From: Escherichia coli
Lineage (GTDB): Bacteria; Pseudomonadota; Gammaproteobacteria; Enterobacterales; Enterobacteriaceae
Strand: one strand, 5' to 3'
DNA length: 64,000 bases
NCBI RefSeq assembly: GCF_003018255.1
Contig: NZ_CP027440.1
The notes below the pieces were generated by a model that was not told the DNA's origin, did no database searches, and saw only the letters and a list, made by a program, of their open reading frames with translations. The position numbers were made by a program, and so were the translations under genes. Below are positions 37,810-52,485 of the stretch, in pieces. Each line of letters opens with the position of its first letter. The stretch's first letter is position 1.

Positions 37810-40800
37810 TTATTTCACTGCAAACATACTTTCCAGTTTGCTGTAGCCCAGGCCGTTGATCTTTTTCACTTTGATCTGCACCGGAATACGCTCTTTCATC
37901 GCTTCTACGTGGCTAATCACACCGATGGTTTTGCCGCTGGCGTTCAGGGCATCCAGCGCATCAAGGGCGGTATCCAGCGTTTCGCTATCCAGCGTGCCAA
38001 AACCTTCATCAAGGAACAGCGAGTCAATACGCGTTTTATGGCTGACCAGATCCGAAAGCGCCAGCGCCAGCGCCAGACTGACGAGGAAACTTTCGCCGCC
38101 GGAAAGGGTACGGGTATCGCGTACCGCATCTGCCTGCCAGGTATCAACAACCTCGACTTCCAGCGCCTCGCTGGCTTTGCGCTGTAACAGATAGCGCCCG
38201 TGCAGCCGGGTAAGTTGCTGATTAGCGAGATGGACTAAATTATCCAGCGTCAGCCCCTGGGCAAACTTGCGGAATTTATCGCCCTCTTTGGAACCTATTA
38301 GCGAATTCAGATATCCCCAGTCCTCAACCTGCTGCGTCATTTGGGCAATTTGCTGCATTAAGGTTTGTTGTTGCTGACGGTTATCTGCATCCTGCTTCAG
38401 CTGCTGGCGAATCTCGCCTTGACTCGTGGTGTTTTCACGCAACTTTTGGTGAGTTTGCGCTAGCTCTTGCTGAATCTGCTCCATCGTCACAGTGAGAGAC
38501 AACCCGCCAGGTCGGTGTTGCTGATGCTGTGTCAGCGTTTCTGCTGTCTGAGTGACCAGCGTTTGCGCCTGACGGCGCTGGTTTTCCAGATTCTGCTTGA
38601 GCTGTTCCAGCTGCGTTAGTGTTTGTTCATCCATTAGCGCCGCAAGGAACGCCTGCTGATCGTCAAAGACGCTCGCCTGTAGCGCGGTGTCAAACTGCGC
38701 CTGGGCTTTTTGCAGACTTTGCGCCGCCAGAACATCCTGTTGCTGTAACGTCTGCTGCTGGCTGTGTAATGCGAGACATTGTTCATGAACCTGCCGCCAG
38801 TTTTCCAGCGCCACAGTTTCTTCGCTGTGCGGGAGCTCATCACTTTGCGGCAACGTTTCCAGAATCGGCGTCAGCTGCTGAATACGGTTTTGCAGCGCGG
38901 TTAATTCGTTCTGGCGTTGCTGCCAGCTCTGCGCTTCTTGCTGACGTGTCGCCAACCAGCTCTCTTCTTCATCTTCCTGTGGCAATGTCAGTGCATAACC
39001 CGCCAATGCCGTTAAGAGTTGCTGCTGGCGTTGTTCAATTTGCTGTTGATACTGGATAATTTGCTGATTATGTGCGGCAATCTGCCCTTGTAATTCATGT
39101 CGTTGGCTGAGTAACCGCAGCTGGCGTTCGTGCTCATCTTGTGCATCCAGCCACGGTTGAATATCGTCCTGTGGCTGCAAGGTGATATTGAGGCTGGCCG
39201 TGACGGCTTGCCATTGTTGAGTAAGTGCTTGCTCATCTTGTCGGAGGCTTTGCGCTTCGTTTTCATCGCGCTGAAGCTGCTTCGTTAATGCATCCAGTTG
39301 CCCGCGCAGCGCCGCACCTTCTTCGCCGAGCTTTTTCACTTCTTTTTCCAGCGTTAATAGCCGGGCCTGATTAACACCCGGTTCCAGCGCCTGATACGCC
39401 TCGACCGCTGGATGGCTGGTGGAACCACAAAGTGGACAAGGCTGACCCGCCTGTAACTGCGCGCGCTGGGCTTCCAGCGTTTTGATGCGCGCTTCCTGCT
39501 CGCAAATGGTTTTCACATCGGCAAGTTGCTGCGTCTTTTCTTTATAACGCTGGCGCATTTCGTTAAGTGCGGCATTACGTTGCGTCTGTTCCAGAGTGAC
39601 ATTCTGGATAGTGACCATTAACTGCGCCAGACGTTTTTGTTGGGGAACAATCTGCCCATGCAGCGCGACCAGGCGCTGACGCAGTGGGCGTTGCTCGGCA
39701 TGTTGCGCCAGGGCGCTAGCAACTTCATCGGCGGTTAACGTCAACGTGATCGCCGCAAGCGTATTAAGTTTTTGCTCAGCATGGGTTAACTGTTGCTGCC
39801 ATTGCCGCAGATGCTCGCGATCGCTGGTTTGTTGGGAGAACTGCGCACGCCAACCCGCCAGTTCGTTGTTCCACTGACGGAAGCGGTCGTGTTCCTGTAA
39901 CCAGGTATTCAGGCTTTGTTGCTGCTGCTGTAATTCTGCTGACTGCTTCGCCGCGTGGTGGCGAATGCTCGCGCGAAGCGCCATTGTGCTCTGTAAGCGA
40001 GTATTTACTTCTTCAATCTGCTGGCGAGTATGCGCCAGCGCCGCGCTGTGTTCTGCGATGCGTTCCCAGTGCGGACGAAGATTTCGTGCCGGTTGTGCCA
40101 GACTGAGCGCCGCCAGTTGAGGTTGCGCTTTTTCTTCTTCGGCTAACGCCTGTTGCAAGGCCTGCTGACGGCGGCTGGCTTCTTGCTGCAATTCGTCCAG
40201 ACGCGTTAACCAGTTTAGTGATTGTTGTTCTTGCTGCTGCGCGGTAATTAACTGTTTTTCTTCGTCAGTAAGTACCTGCAAACTCGCTGTCAGCGATTGC
40301 ACTTGTTCCGGCGTGAGCAACGCGACGCCGCTGGCCTGCGCTTGCAGCTTCTCCAGCTCTGTGCGGGCCGATTTGTGCTGCTCAAACACCATCGACGAGA
40401 TTTGTCCGTAGATTTCAGTGCCGGTTAACTCCTCGAGCAATTCCGCGCGTTCTTTGGGTTTGGCATTCAGGAAGGCAGCAAATTGCCCCTGCGAAAGCAG
40501 CATCGAACGGGTGAAGCGCCCGTAATCCAGTCCGGTTAACGTCGCCGTCAGTTCCAGCTTATCTTTCACTTTGTCGGCGAGAATTTTGCCATCGGCGCAG
40601 CGCGCCAGCTCTACGCGTGGCACCTGCAAATTACCGTCGGGCTGGTTACGCGCCCGATTCTGGCTCCAGAACGCACGGTACGCTTCACCTTTGACTTCAA
40701 ACTCCACTTCCGCCAGACATTCGGCGGTATCGCGGGTCATGAGATCATTTTGCGATTGTGAAACGTTAGAAAGGCGCGGAGTTTCGTGATACAGCGCCAG

Positions 40801-40953
40801 ACAAATGGCATCCAGCAGGGTCGTTTTTCCCGCGCCGGTTGGACCGGTAATGGCAAACAGCCCGTTGCTGGCGAACGGCTCGCGGGTGAAATCAATCTTC
40901 CATTCGCCTTTTAATGAGTTCAGGTTTTTCAGGCGCAGGCTGAGAATTTTCAT
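37810..40953 (-). CDS. sbcC: SbcCD nuclease ATPase subunit SbcC (SMC-like)
   Basis: 1047 aa; N-terminal Walker [10 protein letters not shown], very long Q/L-rich coiled coil with CPLCGS zinc hook, C-terminal LSGGE signature and Walker B. Confidence 0.95.
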   Translation of the reverse strand: MKILSLRLKNLNSLKGEWKIDFTREPFASNGLFAITGPTGAGKTTLLDAICLALYHETPRLSNVSQSQNDLMTRDTAECLAEVEFEVKGEAYRAFWSQNRARNQPDGNLQVPRVELARCADGKILADKVKDKLELTATLTGLDYGRFTRSMLLSQGQFAAFLNAKPKERAELLEELTGTEIYGQISSMVFEQHKSARTELEKLQAQASGVALLTPEQVQSLTASLQVLTDEEKQLITAQQQEQQSLNWLTRLDELQQEASRRQQALQQALAEEEKAQPQLAALSLAQPARNLRPHWERIAEHSAALAHTRQQIEEVNTRLQSTMALRASIRHHAAKQSAELQQQQQSLNTWLQEHDRFRQWNNELAGWRAQFSQQTSDREHLRQWQQQLTHAEQKLNTLAAITLTLTADEVASALAQHAEQRPLRQRLVALHGQIVPQQKRLAQLMVTIQNVTLEQTQRNAALNEMRQRYKEKTQQLADVKTICEQEARIKTLEAQRAQLQAGQPCPLCGSTSHPAVEAYQALEPGVNQARLLTLEKEVKKLGEEGAALRGQLDALTKQLQRDENEAQSLRQDEQALTQQWQAVTASLNITLQPQDDIQPWLDAQDEHERQLRLLSQRHELQGQIAAHNQQIIQYQQQIEQRQQQLLTALAGYALTLPQEDEEESWLATRQQEAQSWQQRQNELTALQNRIQQLTPILETLPQSDELPHSEETVALENWRQVHEQCLALHSQQQTLQQQDVLAAQSLQKAQAQFDTALQASVFDDQQAFLAALMDEQTLTQLEQLKQNLENQRRQAQTLVTQTAETLTQHQQHRPGGLSLTVTMEQIQQELAQTHQKLRENTTSQGEIRQQLKQDADNRQQQQTLMQQIAQMTQQVEDWGYLNSLIGSKEGDKFRKFAQGLTLDNLVHLANQQLTRLHGRYLLQRKASEALEVEVVDTWQADAVRDTRTLSGGESFLVSLALALALSDLVSHKTRIDSLFLDEGFGTLDSETLDTALDALDALNASGKTIGVISHVEAMKERIPVQIKVKKINGLGYSKLESMFAVK

Positions 40954-42152
40954 GCTTCGTGTTCTCCTGCGAGGGTATGCAACGTTGTGGCGAAAAGATG
41001 CTGCAGACGTTGCTGCTGCGATTCATCCAGTTCTTCCAGTGCCAGACGGCGATTGAACACCTCTTCGACGCTGAGTTCGCTGAGGGTTTCACGCTGTTGG
41101 CTGGCTAACACACGCTCGCGCTGTTCACGACTCCGGCGTACCAGCAATACTTCGACAGGCAATGATTCGGTTAATGCCTGGATTTTGCGCTGAATATCAT
41201 GCAGATACTCATCAGTAGTGATTTCGATATCCAGCCAGACAGGTGGCTCCTGTGATACATCGCGCCACTGTTCCAGCTGTTCGGTAATCGACGCCAGATC
41301 GCCTTTCAGCACCGCCATGGGTTGCGTTACCGGTACGTTCAGGTTTTCCACGCTCTCTAATTTGCCGTTTGAAAATGTCACCAGATGGACATATTTACTC
41401 TTACCGCATTCATCAAAACTCAGTGGAATGGGGGAACCGCAATATCGAACATGTTCCATGCCGCCAATAATCTGTGCACGGTGAATATGCCCGAGCGCGA
41501 TGTAGTCGGCTGGTGGAAAGTTTTGTGCCGGAAACGCGTCCAGCGTGCCAATATAGATGTCACGCACGGCATCACTTTTACTGGCACCCACAGTTGTTAA
41601 ATGTCCCGTGGCGATGATGGGCAGAGGCTGATCGCCGCGCAGTTTGCAGGCATCGGCATAGTGTTGTTGATAATAATCAGTAATAGCCGCCAGCAAATGC
41701 TGCTGTTTTTCAATACCGTTAAGCCCCGCCTGGCTGGTAATAATGTCACGTGGGCGTAAAAACGGAATGGGGCACAGTACTGCGCCTGGTGTCCCGTCGC
41801 GACGAGGCAAGATTTGCGGCGCATGTCCGGCGCTGGCGACCACGGTTGTATTGAGGAACGCCATGATATCGCGCGATTCATTCAGCGTGGCGACCGAGTC
41901 ATGGTTTCCTGCCAGTACCACCAGATGACAGCCAGTTTGCTGTAAATTGACAACAAAACGGTTGTATAACGTGCGGGCGTAACTGGGCGGCGAGCCGGTA
42001 TCGAAAACATCACCGGCAACAATAATCGCATCCACCTGATGGGCTTGTGCTGTCTCCAGCAGCCAGTCAAGAAAAGCCTGATGTTCGGTTTCGCGGCTTT
42101 TACTGTAGAAGTTCTGGCCGAGATGCCAGTCTGAGGTGTGAAGGATGCGCAT
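40950..42152 (-). CDS. sbcD: SbcCD nuclease subunit SbcD (Mre11-like phosphoesterase)
   Basis: ATG at 42150-42152 ([12 protein letters not shown]...), 400 aa; calcineurin-like phosphoesterase motifs; 4-bp overlap with sbcC. Confidence 0.95.
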   Translation of the reverse strand: MRILHTSDWHLGQNFYSKSRETEHQAFLDWLLETAQAHQVDAIIVAGDVFDTGSPPSYARTLYNRFVVNLQQTGCHLVVLAGNHDSVATLNESRDIMAFLNTTVVASAGHAPQILPRRDGTPGAVLCPIPFLRPRDIITSQAGLNGIEKQQHLLAAITDYYQQHYADACKLRGDQPLPIIATGHLTTVGASKSDAVRDIYIGTLDAFPAQNFPPADYIALGHIHRAQIIGGMEHVRYCGSPIPLSFDECGKSKYVHLVTFSNGKLESVENLNVPVTQPMAVLKGDLASITEQLEQWRDVSQEPPVWLDIEITTDEYLHDIQRKIQALTESLPVEVLLVRRSREQRERVLASQQRETLSELSVEEVFNRRLALEELDESQQQRLQHLFATTLHTLAGEHEA

Positions 42153-42260
42153 AACGGTTCCCTGGCGAAAAAGCATGGGCGCGATTATACCCAAACAGAT
42201 GTGCCATTTGCTTTTTTCTGCGCCACGGAAATCAATAACCTGAAGATATGTGCGACGAGC

Positions 42261-42310
42261 TTTTCATAAATCTGTCATAAATCTGACGCATAATGACGTC
42301 GCATTAATGA
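42261..42310 (+). promoter_or_regulatory. Pho boxes of the phoBR promoter
   Basis: ttttcataaatctgtcataaatctgacgcataatgacgtcgcattaatga: tandem CTGTCAT-type repeats ~35-80 bp upstream of phoB. Confidence 0.85.
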
Positions 42311-42341
42311 TCGCAACCTATTTATTACAACAGGGCAAATC

Positions 42342-43031
42342 ATGGCGAGACGTATTCTGGTCGTAGAAGATGAAGCTCCAATTCGCGAAATGGTCTGCTT
42401 CGTGCTCGAACAAAATGGCTTTCAGCCGGTCGAAGCGGAAGATTATGACAGTGCTGTGAATCAACTGAATGAACCCTGGCCGGATTTAATTCTCCTTGAC
42501 TGGATGTTACCTGGCGGCTCCGGTATCCAGTTCATCAAACACCTCAAGCGCGAGTCGATGACCCGGGATATTCCAGTGGTGATGTTGACCGCCAGAGGGG
42601 AAGAAGAAGATCGCGTGCGCGGCCTTGAAACCGGTGCGGATGACTATATCACCAAGCCGTTTTCTCCGAAGGAGCTGGTGGCGCGAATCAAAGCGGTAAT
42701 GCGCCGTATTTCGCCAATGGCGGTGGAAGAGGTGATCGAGATGCAGGGGCTAAGCCTCGACCCGACATCTCACCGGGTGATGGCGGGCGAAGAGCCACTG
42801 GAGATGGGGCCGACAGAATTTAAACTGCTGCACTTTTTTATGACACATCCTGAGCGCGTGTACAGCCGCGAGCAGCTGTTAAACCACGTCTGGGGAACTA
42901 ACGTGTATGTGGAAGATCGTACGGTCGATGTCCACATTCGTCGCCTGCGTAAAGCACTGGAGCCCGGCGGGCATGACCGCATGGTGCAGACCGTGCGCGG
43001 TACAGGGTATCGTTTTTCAACCCGCTTTTAA
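42342..43031 (+). CDS. phoB: phosphate regulon response regulator PhoB
   Basis: 229 aa; receiver domain plus OmpR-type winged helix; recognised as PhoB. Confidence 0.97.
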
Positions 43032-43088
43032 GGCCTTGCTCATCGGACGTAGAGCAGGGCTTATGATTTCTTAACTGGAGTATCTTAC

Positions 43089-44384
43089 GTGCTGGAACGG
43101 CTGTCGTGGAAAAGGCTGGTGCTGGAGCTGCTACTTTGCTGCCTCCCGGCTTTCATCCTGGGTGCATTTTTTGGTTACCTGCCCTGGTTTTTGCTGGCAT
43201 CGGTAACAGGACTGCTTATCTGGCATTTCTGGAATTTATTGCGCCTTTCATGGTGGCTGTGGGTGGATCGTAGTATGACCCCGCCACCGGGGCGTGGTAG
43301 CTGGGAACCGCTACTATACGGCTTACACCAGATGCAGCTGCGAAATAAAAAACGCCGCCGTGAACTGGGCAATCTGATTAAACGCTTTCGTAGCGGCGCG
43401 GAGTCGCTGCCCGACGCGGTGGTGCTGACCACGGAAGAGGGCGGTATTTTCTGGTGTAACGGTCTGGCGCAACAAATTCTTGGTTTGCGCTGGCCGGAAG
43501 ATAACGGGCAGAACATCCTTAACCTGCTGCGTTACCCGGAGTTTACGCAATATCTGAAAACGCGTGATTTTTCTCGCCCGCTTAATCTGGTGCTCAACAC
43601 CGGGCGGCATCTGGAAATTCGCGTTATGCCTTATACCCACAAACAGTTGCTGATGGTGGCGCGTGATGTCACGCAAATGCATCAACTGGAAGGGGCGCGT
43701 CGCAACTTTTTTGCCAACGTGAGCCATGAGTTACGTACGCCATTGACCGTGTTACAGGGTTACCTGGAGATGATGGATGAGCAGCCGCTGGAAGGCGCGG
43801 TACGCGAAAAAGCGTTGCACACCATGCGCGAGCAGACCCAGCGGATGGAAGGGCTGGTGAAGCAATTGCTGACGCTGTCGAAAATAGAAGCCGCACCGAC
43901 GCAGTTGCTCAATGAAAAGGTTGATGTGCCGATGATGCTGCGCGTTGTTGAGCGCGAGGCTCAGACTCTGAGTCAGAAAAAACAGACATTTACCTTTGAG
44001 ATAGATAACGGCCTCAAGGTGTCTGGCAACGAAGATCAGCTACGCAGTGCGATTTCGAACCTGGTCTATAACGCCGTAAATCATACGCCGGAAGGCACGC
44101 ATATCACCGTACGCTGGCAGCGAGTGCCGCACGGTGCCGAATTTAGCGTTGAAGATAATGGACCGGGCATCGCACCGGAGCATATTCCGCGCCTGACCGA
44201 GCGTTTTTATCGCGTTGATAAAGCGCGTTCCCGGCAAACCGGCGGTAGCGGATTAGGGTTAGCGATCGTGAAACATGCGGTGAATCATCACGAAAGTCGC
44301 CTGCATATTGAGAGTACAGTAGGAAAAGGAACACGTTTCAGTTTTGTTATCCCGGAACGTTTAATTGCCAAAAACAGCGATTAA
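43089..44384 (+). CDS. phoR: phosphate regulon sensor histidine kinase PhoR
   Basis: GTG start 43089; 431 aa; H-box [10 protein letters not shown]; HATPase N/G boxes. Confidence 0.95.
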   Translation: MLERLSWKRLVLELLLCCLPAFILGAFFGYLPWFLLASVTGLLIWHFWNLLRLSWWLWVDRSMTPPPGRGSWEPLLYGLHQMQLRNKKRRRELGNLIKRFRSGAESLPDAVVLTTEEGGIFWCNGLAQQILGLRWPEDNGQNILNLLRYPEFTQYLKTRDFSRPLNLVLNTGRHLEIRVMPYTHKQLLMVARDVTQMHQLEGARRNFFANVSHELRTPLTVLQGYLEMMDEQPLEGAVREKALHTMREQTQRMEGLVKQLLTLSKIEAAPTQLLNEKVDVPMMLRVVEREAQTLSQKKQTFTFEIDNGLKVSGNEDQLRSAISNLVYNAVNHTPEGTHITVRWQRVPHGAEFSVEDNGPGIAPEHIPRLTERFYRVDKARSRQTGGSGLGLAIVKHAVNHHESRLHIESTVGKGTRFSFVIPERLIAKNSD

Positions 44385-44410
44385 TCCGCCTTTGTCATCT
44401 TTTATTGCCA

Positions 44411-44438
44411 TAAGCCAGCCGATGCTGGCTTATTTTCT
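44411..44438 (+). terminator. intrinsic terminator after phoR
   Basis: taagccagc-cgat-gctggctta followed by ttttcttt. Confidence 0.75.
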
Positions 44439-44790
44439 TTGCAGTCAAAATACGGGCGTTAGATTTTACAACGGTTGGTGATTTTTTGTTCGCATGATTA
44501 GCCATGTCTTTTTCACGGAAATAGTGTTTTATACTGGTTGGTGATTTCTTATCGCTATATACCTCTGGTTTTTAGATCCCTCCTTGCTTTAAAACGTTAT
44601 AAGCGTTTAAATTGCGCTTCAGGTGCTGTCATACTGACTGCATTAACGCGGTAAATCGAAAAACTATTCTTCGCCGCGCCTGGTTGGGAGTATTTCCCGC
44701 TAAAATTGTTTAAATATACCGCTGTATCATCCCCAGGGATTGGCACAAAAATTTAACGTTACAACACCACATCCACAGGCAGTATGATTT

Positions 44791-46110
44791 ATGACCCATC
44801 AATTAAGATCGCGCGATATCATCGCTCTGGGCTTTATGACATTTGCGTTGTTCGTCGGCGCAGGTAACATTATTTTCCCTCCAATGGTCGGCTTGCAGGC
44901 AGGCGAACACGTCTGGACTGCGGCATTCGGCTTCCTCATTACTGCCGTTGGCCTGCCGGTATTAACGGTGGTGGCGCTGGCAAAAGTTGGCGGCGGTGTT
45001 GACAGCCTCAGCACGCCAATCGGTAAAGTTGCTGGCGTACTGCTGGCAACGGTGTGTTACCTGGCGGTGGGGCCGCTGTTCGCTACGCCGCGTACAGCTA
45101 CCGTTTCTTTTGAAGTGGGGATTGCGCCGCTGACGGGTGATTCCGCACTGCCGCTGTTTATCTACAGCCTGGTCTATTTCGCTATCGTTATTCTGGTTTC
45201 GCTCTATCCGGGCAAGCTGCTGGATACCGTGGGCAACTTCCTTGCGCCGCTGAAAATTATCGCGCTGGTCATCCTGTCTGTTGCCGCAATTGTCTGGCCG
45301 GCGGGTTCTATCAGCACGGCGACTGAGGCTTATCAAAACGCTGCGTTTTCTAACGGCTTCGTCAACGGCTATCTGACCATGGATACGCTGGGCGCGATGG
45401 TGTTTGGTATCGTTATTGTTAACGCGGCGCGTTCTCGTGGCGTTACTGAAGCGCGTCTGCTGACCCGTTATACCGTCTGGGCTGGCCTGATGGCGGGTGT
45501 TGGTCTGACTCTGCTGTACCTGGCGCTGTTCCGTCTGGGTTCAGACAGCGCGTCGCTGGTCGATCAGTCTGCAAACGGTGCGGCGATCCTGCATGCTTAC
45601 GTTCAGCATACCTTTGGCGGCGGCGGTAGCTTCCTGCTGGCGGCGTTAATCTTCATCGCCTGCCTGGTCACGGCGGTTGGCCTGACCTGTGCTTGTGCAG
45701 AATTCTTCGCCCAGTACGTACCGCTCTCTTATCGTACGCTGGTGTTTATCCTCGGCGGCTTCTCGATGGTGGTGTCTAACCTCGGCTTGAGTCAGCTGAT
45801 TCAGATCTCTGTACCGGTGCTGACCGCCATTTATCCGCCGTGTATCGCACTGGTTGTATTAAGTTTTACCCGCTCATGGTGGCATAATTCGTCCCGCGTG
45901 ATTGCTCCGCCGATGTTTATCAGCCTGCTTTTTGGTATTCTCGACGGGATCAAAGCATCTGCATTCAGCGATATCTTACCGTCCTGGGCGCAGCGTTTAC
46001 CGCTGGCCGAACAAGGTCTGGCGTGGTTAATGCCAACAGTGGTGATGGTGGTTCTGGCCATTATCTGGGATCGCGCGGCAGGTCGTCAGGTGACCTCCAG
46101 CGCTCACTAA
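44791..46110 (+). CDS. brnQ: branched-chain amino acid transporter BrnQ (LIVCS family)
   Basis: 439 aa polytopic; recognised as BrnQ. Confidence 0.95.
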   Translation: MTHQLRSRDIIALGFMTFALFVGAGNIIFPPMVGLQAGEHVWTAAFGFLITAVGLPVLTVVALAKVGGGVDSLSTPIGKVAGVLLATVCYLAVGPLFATPRTATVSFEVGIAPLTGDSALPLFIYSLVYFAIVILVSLYPGKLLDTVGNFLAPLKIIALVILSVAAIVWPAGSISTATEAYQNAAFSNGFVNGYLTMDTLGAMVFGIVIVNAARSRGVTEARLLTRYTVWAGLMAGVGLTLLYLALFRLGSDSASLVDQSANGAAILHAYVQHTFGGGGSFLLAALIFIACLVTAVGLTCACAEFFAQYVPLSYRTLVFILGGFSMVVSNLGLSQLIQISVPVLTAIYPPCIALVVLSFTRSWWHNSSRVIAPPMFISLLFGILDGIKASAFSDILPSWAQRLPLAEQGLAWLMPTVVMVVLAIIWDRAAGRQVTSSAH

Positions 46111-46128
46111 ATCACTGAACATTTGTTT

Positions 46129-46161
46129 TAACCACGGGGCTGCGATGCCCCGTGGTTTTTT
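46129..46161 (+). terminator. intrinsic terminator between brnQ and proY
   Basis: aaccacggggc-tgcgat-gccccgtggtt followed by ttttt. Confidence 0.8.
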
Positions 46162-46185
46162 ATTGTGTTGATGGGTTAGGAATTG

Positions 46186-47559
46186 ATGGAAAGTAAGAAC
46201 AAGCTAAAGCGTGGGCTAAGTACCCGCCACATACGCTTTATGGCACTGGGTTCAGCAATTGGCACCGGGTTGTTTTACGGTTCGGCAGACGCCATCAAAA
46301 TGGCCGGTCCGAGCGTGTTGTTGGCCTATATTATCGGTGGTGTCGCGGCGTATATCATTATGCGCGCGCTGGGGGAAATGTCGGTACATAACCCGGCCGC
46401 CAGCTCTTTCTCGCGTTATGCGCAGGAAAACCTCGGCCCGCTGGCTGGTTACATTACCGGCTGGACCTACTGCTTTGAAATCCTTATTGTCGCCATCGCC
46501 GATGTGACCGCTTTTGGTATCTATATGGGTGTCTGGTTCCCGACGGTGCCGCACTGGATTTGGGTACTGAGCGTGGTGCTGATCATTTGCGCCGTAAACC
46601 TGATGAGCGTGAAGGTATTCGGTGAGCTGGAGTTCTGGTTCTCGTTCTTTAAAGTCGCCACCATCATCATCATGATTGTCGCCGGTTTCGGCATCATCAT
46701 CTGGGGGATTGGCAACGGCGGGCAACCGACCGGTATTCATAACCTGTGGAGCAACGGCGGCTTCTTCAGTAACGGCTGGCTTGGGATGGTGATGTCGTTG
46801 CAAATGGTGATGTTTGCTTACGGTGGGATCGAAATTATCGGGATTACCGCCGGTGAAGCGAAAGATCCTGAGAAATCGATTCCGCGTGCGATTAACTCCG
46901 TGCCGATGCGTATTCTGGTGTTCTACGTCGGTACGCTGTTCGTCATTATGTCTATCTACCCGTGGAATCAGGTTGGCACTGCCGGTAGCCCGTTCGTACT
47001 GACGTTCCAGCATATGGGCATTACCTTTGCCGCCAGCATTCTTAACTTTGTTGTGCTGACCGCTTCGCTGTCGGCAATTAACAGTGACGTATTTGGCGTA
47101 GGCCGTATGCTCCACGGTATGGCAGAGCAGGGCAGCGCACCAAAAATTTTCAGCAAAACCTCGCGTCGCGGTATTCCGTGGGTTACGGTGCTGGTGATGA
47201 CTACCGCGCTGCTGTTTGCTGTGTATCTGAACTACATCATGCCGGAAAACGTCTTCCTGGTGATCGCTTCGCTGGCAACCTTCGCCACGGTGTGGGTGTG
47301 GATTATGATCCTGCTGTCGCAAATCGCCTTCCGTCGCCGTTTACCGCCAGAAGAAGTTAAGTCGCTGAAATTTAAAGTACCGGGTGGGGTAGCAACCACC
47401 ATCGGCGGTTTGATTTTCCTGCTCTTTATTATCGGGTTGATTGGTTATCACCCGGATACTCGTATCTCGCTGTATGTCGGTTTCGCGTGGATTGTTGTGC
47501 TGTTGATTGGCTGGATGTTTAAGCGCCGCCACGATCGTCAGCTGGCTGAAAACCACTAA
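46186..47559 (+). CDS. proY: proline-specific permease ProY (APC family)
   Basis: ATG 46186 ([30 protein letters not shown]...), 457 aa; track start 46183 is an in-frame TTG. Confidence 0.93.
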   Translation: MESKNKLKRGLSTRHIRFMALGSAIGTGLFYGSADAIKMAGPSVLLAYIIGGVAAYIIMRALGEMSVHNPAASSFSRYAQENLGPLAGYITGWTYCFEILIVAIADVTAFGIYMGVWFPTVPHWIWVLSVVLIICAVNLMSVKVFGELEFWFSFFKVATIIIMIVAGFGIIIWGIGNGGQPTGIHNLWSNGGFFSNGWLGMVMSLQMVMFAYGGIEIIGITAGEAKDPEKSIPRAINSVPMRILVFYVGTLFVIMSIYPWNQVGTAGSPFVLTFQHMGITFAASILNFVVLTASLSAINSDVFGVGRMLHGMAEQGSAPKIFSKTSRRGIPWVTVLVMTTALLFAVYLNYIMPENVFLVIASLATFATVWVWIMILLSQIAFRRRLPPEEVKSLKFKVPGGVATTIGGLIFLLFIIGLIGYHPDTRISLYVGFAWIVVLLIGWMFKRRHDRQLAENH

Positions 47560-47717
47560 TCCTTGCGTTCTGTAAGCCGGTTCAGGAGGAAATCCTGATC
47601 CGGCTATTCCGAAAGTTATCCGCCCCCGTCCTCCTCCCCCAAATATCCTTCAGATGATGAGTGATCCTGCATTAGGCTATGGCAAGGTGATCAGATTTTC
47701 ATCACAGGGGAATTATG

Positions 47718-49532
47718 ATGTTAAATGCATGGCACCTGCCGGTGCCCCCATTTGTTAAACAAAGCAAAGATCAACTGCTCATTACACTGTGGCTGACGGG
47801 CGAAGACCCACCGCAGCGCATTATGCTGCGTACAGAACACGACAACGAAGAAACGTCAGTACCGATGCATAAGCAGCGCAGTCAGCCGCAGCCTGGTGTT
47901 ACCGCATGGCGGGCGGCGATCGATCTCTCCGGCGGACTACCTCGGCGGCGTTATAGTTTCAAATTACTGTGGCACGATCGCCAGCGTTGGTTTACACCGC
48001 AGGGCTTCAGCCGAATGCCGCCGGCACGACTGGAGCAGTTTGCCGTCGATGTACCGGATATCGGCCCACAATGGGCTGCGGATCAGATTTTTTATCAGAT
48101 CTTCCCTGATCGTTTCGCCCGTAGTCTTCCTCGTGAAGCTGAACAGGATCATGTCTATTACCATCACGCAGCTGGACAAGAGATCATCTTGCGTGACTGG
48201 GATGAACCGGTCACGGCGCAGGCGGGCGGATCAACGTTCTATGGCGGCGATCTAGACGGGATAAGCGAAAAACTGCCGTATCTGAAAAAACTTGGCGTGA
48301 CGGCGCTGTATCTCAATCCGGTGTTTAAAGCTCCCAGCGTACATAAATACGATACCGAGGATTATCGCCATGTCGATCCGCAGTTTGGCGGTGATGGGGC
48401 GTTGTTGCGTTTGCGACACAATACGCAGCAGCTGGGAATGCGGCTGGTGCTGGACGGCGTGTTTAACCACAGTGGCGATTCCCATGCCTGGTTTGACAGA
48501 CACAATCGCGGGACGGGTGGTGCTTGTCACAACCCCGAATCGCCCTGGCGCGACTGGTACTCGTTTAGTGACGATGGCACGGCGCTCGACTGGCTGGGCT
48601 ATGCCAGCTTGCCGAAACTGGATTATCAGTCGGAAAGTCTGGTGAATGAAATTTATCGTGGGGAAGACAGTATCGTCCGCCACTGGCTGAAAGCGCCGTG
48701 GAATATGGACGGCTGGCGGCTGGATGTGGTGCATATGCTGGGGGAAGCGGGTGGGGCGCGCAATAATTTGCAGCACGTAGCCGGGATCACCGAAGCGGCG
48801 AAAGAAACCCAGCCGGAAGCGTATATCGTTGGAGAGCATTTTGGCGATGCACGGCAATGGTTACAGGCCGATGTGGAAGATGCCGCCATGAACTATCGCG
48901 GCTTCACATTCCCGTTGTGGGGATTTCTTGCCAATACCGACATCTCTTACGATCCGCAGCAAATTGACGCCCAAACCTGTATGGCCTGGATGGATAATTA
49001 CCGCGCCGGACTTTCTCATCAACAGCAACTGCGTATGTTTAATCAGCTCGATAGCCACGATACTGCGCGATTTAAAACGCTGCTCGGTCGGGATATTGCG
49101 CGCCTGCCGCTGGCGGTGGTCTGGTTGTTCACCTGGCCTGGTGTACCGTGCATTTATTACGGTGATGAAGTGGGACTGGATGGTAAAAACGATCCGTTTT
49201 GCCGTAAACCGTTCCCCTGGCAGGTGGAAAAGCAGGATACGGCGTTATTCGCGCTGTACCAGCGAATGATTGCGCTGCGTAAGAAAAGTCAGGCGCTGCG
49301 TCGTGGCGGCTGTCAGGTACTGTATGCGGAAGATAACGTGGTGGTATTTGTCCGCGTGCTGTATCAGCAGCGTGTACTGGTGGCAATCAACCGTGGCGAA
49401 GCCTGTGAAGTGGTGCTACCCGCGTCGCCGTTGCTTAATGTCGCGCAATGGCAACGCAAAGAAGGTCACGGGCAACTGACAGACGGGATTCTGGCTTTGC
49501 CTGCCATTTCGGCTACGGTGTGGATGAATTAA
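47718..49532 (+). CDS. malZ: maltodextrin glucosidase
   Basis: ATG 47718 (second of two adjacent ATGs), 604 aa; GH13 alpha-amylase family motifs. Confidence 0.93.
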   Translation: MLNAWHLPVPPFVKQSKDQLLITLWLTGEDPPQRIMLRTEHDNEETSVPMHKQRSQPQPGVTAWRAAIDLSGGLPRRRYSFKLLWHDRQRWFTPQGFSRMPPARLEQFAVDVPDIGPQWAADQIFYQIFPDRFARSLPREAEQDHVYYHHAAGQEIILRDWDEPVTAQAGGSTFYGGDLDGISEKLPYLKKLGVTALYLNPVFKAPSVHKYDTEDYRHVDPQFGGDGALLRLRHNTQQLGMRLVLDGVFNHSGDSHAWFDRHNRGTGGACHNPESPWRDWYSFSDDGTALDWLGYASLPKLDYQSESLVNEIYRGEDSIVRHWLKAPWNMDGWRLDVVHMLGEAGGARNNLQHVAGITEAAKETQPEAYIVGEHFGDARQWLQADVEDAAMNYRGFTFPLWGFLANTDISYDPQQIDAQTCMAWMDNYRAGLSHQQQLRMFNQLDSHDTARFKTLLGRDIARLPLAVVWLFTWPGVPCIYYGDEVGLDGKNDPFCRKPFPWQVEKQDTALFALYQRMIALRKKSQALRRGGCQVLYAEDNVVVFVRVLYQQRVLVAINRGEACEVVLPASPLLNVAQWQRKEGHGQLTDGILALPAISATVWMN

Positions 49533-49536
49533 CGTC

Positions 49537-50118
49537 TTATAACGCCTTGCGTGACGCCTGCTCCATCATCCGCGGATAAAACTGCCAGAAGCGGGTTTCG
49601 AGAGCATCGTAATGGGCGTCTAAATCGTACCAGGAGTTACGCAGGGCATCCAGACGTGGGCGACGGCTTGCCATGCCGTTTAACACGCTCTGGATGAAAT
49701 CCATATCGCGATAGCGCACCAACCACTGCTCTGACCATAAGTAGTTGTTCAGATTGATAAAGCGTGGCGGTGAGTCTGGAAGAATAGTCATCACTTGCTC
49801 CCGGGCATAACAGGTAAATTCCTGTAGCGGAAAATCGGGCGACAGCTGCGACCAGTGGCGGGACAGAAAGTGATCCCACATCACATCCAGCGTAATAGGC
49901 GCGACACGGCGCGTTTCATTACGAAACCACTCCCGCGCTTCGCGGACTTCTGGCAGATTGTCGGTTAATACGTCGATTCGCCGATGCATATGAATGCCAG
50001 CCACGACGTCGGGCGGAAAACTTTCTTCAGGATTTCCGCGTACGAAATCAGCCAGTAAATTGCCGGAAAGCGAGCTTTCCGCGAGATGGGCTAAATGCAG
50101 GTGAGCTAAAAAATTCAT
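49537..50118 (-). CDS. acpH: acyl carrier protein phosphodiesterase
   Basis: 193 aa ([25 protein letters not shown]...); convergent with malZ across a 4-bp gap. Confidence 0.9.
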   Translation of the reverse strand: MNFLAHLHLAHLAESSLSGNLLADFVRGNPEESFPPDVVAGIHMHRRIDVLTDNLPEVREAREWFRNETRRVAPITLDVMWDHFLSRHWSQLSPDFPLQEFTCYAREQVMTILPDSPPRFINLNNYLWSEQWLVRYRDMDFIQSVLNGMASRRPRLDALRNSWYDLDAHYDALETRFWQFYPRMMEQASRKAL

Positions 50119-50210
50119 CGATTATATTCTATCCAAAGGGGGGTAAAGGTTGCAGGGAGAGCGCCCCGGCACTAGACTACCCGCCTCTTATTTTAGTCTG
50201 AGTCAGTGTC

Positions 50211-51281
50211 ATGCGCGTTACCGATTTCTCTTTTGAATTGCCCGAATCCCTGATTGCCCACTATCCCATGCCTGAACGCAGTAGCTGTCGTTTACTGTCG
50301 CTGGACGGGCCGACGGGCGCGCTGACGCACGGTACTTTCACCGATTTACTCGATAAGCTCAACCCCGGCGATCTTCTGGTTTTTAATAATACCCGCGTGA
50401 TCCCGGCGCGTCTGTTTGGGCGTAAAGCCAGCGGCGGCAAGATTGAAGTGCTGGTTGAGCGGATGCTCGACGACAAACGCATTCTTGCGCATATTCGCGC
50501 CTCGAAAGCGCCAAAACCTGGCGCAGAACTGCTGCTGGGCGATGACGAACGTATTAACGCAACAATGACCGCGCGCCACGGCGCACTGTTTGAAGTCGAA
50601 TTTAATGATCAACGTTCGGTGCTGGATATTCTCAACAGCATCGGCCATATGCCGCTGCCGCCGTACATCGACCGTCCGGACGAAGATGCAGACCGCGAAC
50701 TTTATCAAACGGTTTATAGCGAAAAACCCGGCGCGGTAGCAGCACCGACCGCCGGACTGCACTTTGACGAACCTTTGCTGGAAAAATTACGCGCCAAAGG
50801 CGTGGAGATGGCGTTTGTGACGTTGCACGTTGGTGCGGGCACCTTCCAGCCGGTGCGCGTCGACACCATTGAAGATCACATCATGCACTCGGAATACGCT
50901 GAAGTGCCGCAGGATGTGGTAGACGCGGTACTGGCGGCGAAAGCGCGCGGTAACCGGGTGATTGCGGTTGGTACCACCTCAGTACGTTCGCTGGAAAGTG
51001 CGGCTCAGGCAGCGAAAAACGATCTCATTGAACCGTTCTTTGACGATACCCAAATCTTTATCTATCCGGGTTTCCAGTACAAAGTGGTCGATGCGCTGGT
51101 GACGAACTTCCACCTTCCGGAATCGACGCTGATTATGCTGGTTTCGGCATTTGCTGGTTATCAACACACCATGAATGCCTATAAAGCGGCGGTAGAAGAG
51201 AAATATCGCTTTTTTAGTTACGGTGATGCGATGTTTATCACGTACAATCCGCAGGCAATTAATGAGCGCGTTGGGGAGTAA
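50211..51281 (+). CDS. queA: S-adenosylmethionine:tRNA ribosyltransferase-isomerase
   Basis: 356 aa; recognised as QueA. Confidence 0.95.
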   Translation: MRVTDFSFELPESLIAHYPMPERSSCRLLSLDGPTGALTHGTFTDLLDKLNPGDLLVFNNTRVIPARLFGRKASGGKIEVLVERMLDDKRILAHIRASKAPKPGAELLLGDDERINATMTARHGALFEVEFNDQRSVLDILNSIGHMPLPPYIDRPDEDADRELYQTVYSEKPGAVAAPTAGLHFDEPLLEKLRAKGVEMAFVTLHVGAGTFQPVRVDTIEDHIMHSEYAEVPQDVVDAVLAAKARGNRVIAVGTTSVRSLESAAQAAKNDLIEPFFDDTQIFIYPGFQYKVVDALVTNFHLPESTLIMLVSAFAGYQHTMNAYKAAVEEKYRFFSYGDAMFITYNPQAINERVGE

Positions 51282-51320
51282 TTCCGCGGCGCTGGTTTAA
51301 ACGTTGGACTGTTTTTCTGA

Positions 51321-52463
<1,143 letters not shown>

Positions 52464-52485
52464 TATTAATAATGAGGGAAATTTA

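Noticed and set aside
46252-47322. 356-codon minus-strand ORF antisense to proY
   Set aside because: Shadow frame of the proY membrane-protein CDS; Arg/His/Gln-rich nonsense-like composition and no start context.
47577-47606. Hairpin after proY (gccggttcagga-ggaaa-tcctgatccggc) as an intrinsic terminator
   Set aside because: The stem has a mismatch and is not followed by a U-tract; it may be a REP-like or Rho-dependent element, but evidence is too weak for a terminator call.
47640-47714. MalT boxes upstream of malZ
   Set aside because: malZ is known to be MalT-dependent, but I could not confidently place GGA(T/G)GA hexamers in the sequence by eye, so no site is annotated.
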